From assembly GCA_043228905.1 (NCBI GenBank), contig JBHGNT010000015.1, positions 19,406,001 to 19,470,000 on the forward strand: DNA of 64,000 bases, read 5' to 3'. The notes under the pieces were generated by a model. It saw only the letters and a program-made list of their open reading frames with translations. It was not told the origin of the DNA and made no database searches. The position numbers and the translations under genes were made by a program. The stretch's first letter is position 1. Every line of letters begins with the position of its first letter. This DNA is from Azolla caroliniana. Its lineage: Eukaryota; Plantae; Polypodiophyta. Shown piece after piece: positions 63,365 through 64,000 of the stretch.

Positions 63365-64000
63365 CAATAATCCTTTTCAATGTACCTTTTATTATTATTT
63401 TGAAGTGTGAGGTCAAAACTTGATGCATAACACCGTTCACAACATTTTCTAAATTCTCCAATCTTTCCAGAAATGAATGCTAGTTTTCAATGATTAGGTA
63501 TGCCAAACTTCTAAATACAAGAGTGAAAGTTGAACTCTTGACTATATGCCACTAGGGCCTCCCTCTATTAAGGTTTCCTTGACTTATCTTTTGATGGCAT
63601 TATTTATATTTGAATATTTTGAATCCTTTTCATAACAAAGTTTGGATGTACCTCATCGTTTCCATGACAATATTGACTTTGATTTCTAAGAAAATGTTTA
63701 ATATGCACAATCTTTCTTTTCTGTCAAGAAAATATATCCTTCCATTAGTTTTGAAAAGCATATCAGCTACAAAATACAAAATAGATGGAAAGGAAGTGAG
63801 TCGTGACTATCCTTCCCCAACCCGTCTTGTAATATGCACAATCTTGAAAAATAATCATGGACAATTCTTTTTGCACAAGGTGATGTTTTTGGTGAAAAAT
63901 AATAAGTGCATTTAAAGAACATGGATCATTCAATTCGTACTTTAGATTCAAAATGGAATTCATGGGTTAATCAATTTTCTAGTACTTAATGACTTCATTG

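Overview
This is eukaryotic land-plant nuclear DNA; the PLS-PPR style and TE types suggest a fern or other seed-free plant (inference). From left to right the window holds: a decayed Ty1/copia retrotransposon with its 3' LTR (1-5446); a PLS-E class PPR gene (+, ~9.1-12.1 kb); Ty3/gypsy remnants; a spliced O-fucosyltransferase/GT106 gene with a repeat-expanded stem (+, 17.5-24.0 kb); a multi-exon PPR+CBS gene (-, 25.5-36.2 kb) with LINE remnants in its introns; a solo LTR and tRNA-derived SINE heads; an FQR1-like quinone reductase (-, 44.1-46.5 kb); a probable Helitron 3' end; a low-complexity orphan ORF (+, 52.0-53.3 kb); a two-domain glyoxalase I-like gene (+, 55.3-59.3 kb); and the start of a secreted lipocalin-like gene (+, 62.4 kb onward). 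The four most interesting observations are: (1) an in-frame ~268-codon C-terminal extension of the copia pol after RNase H, with a Cys/His cluster and a second polypurine tract; (2) a glyoxalase I paralog that has lost two metal-ligand glutamates; (3) an ApoD-like lipocalin N-terminus joined to a long helical region; (4) introns that have grown by tandem duplication of their own 3' splice site, in two separate genes. Exon boundaries were read by eye and are approximate unless stated otherwise. No database searches were run.
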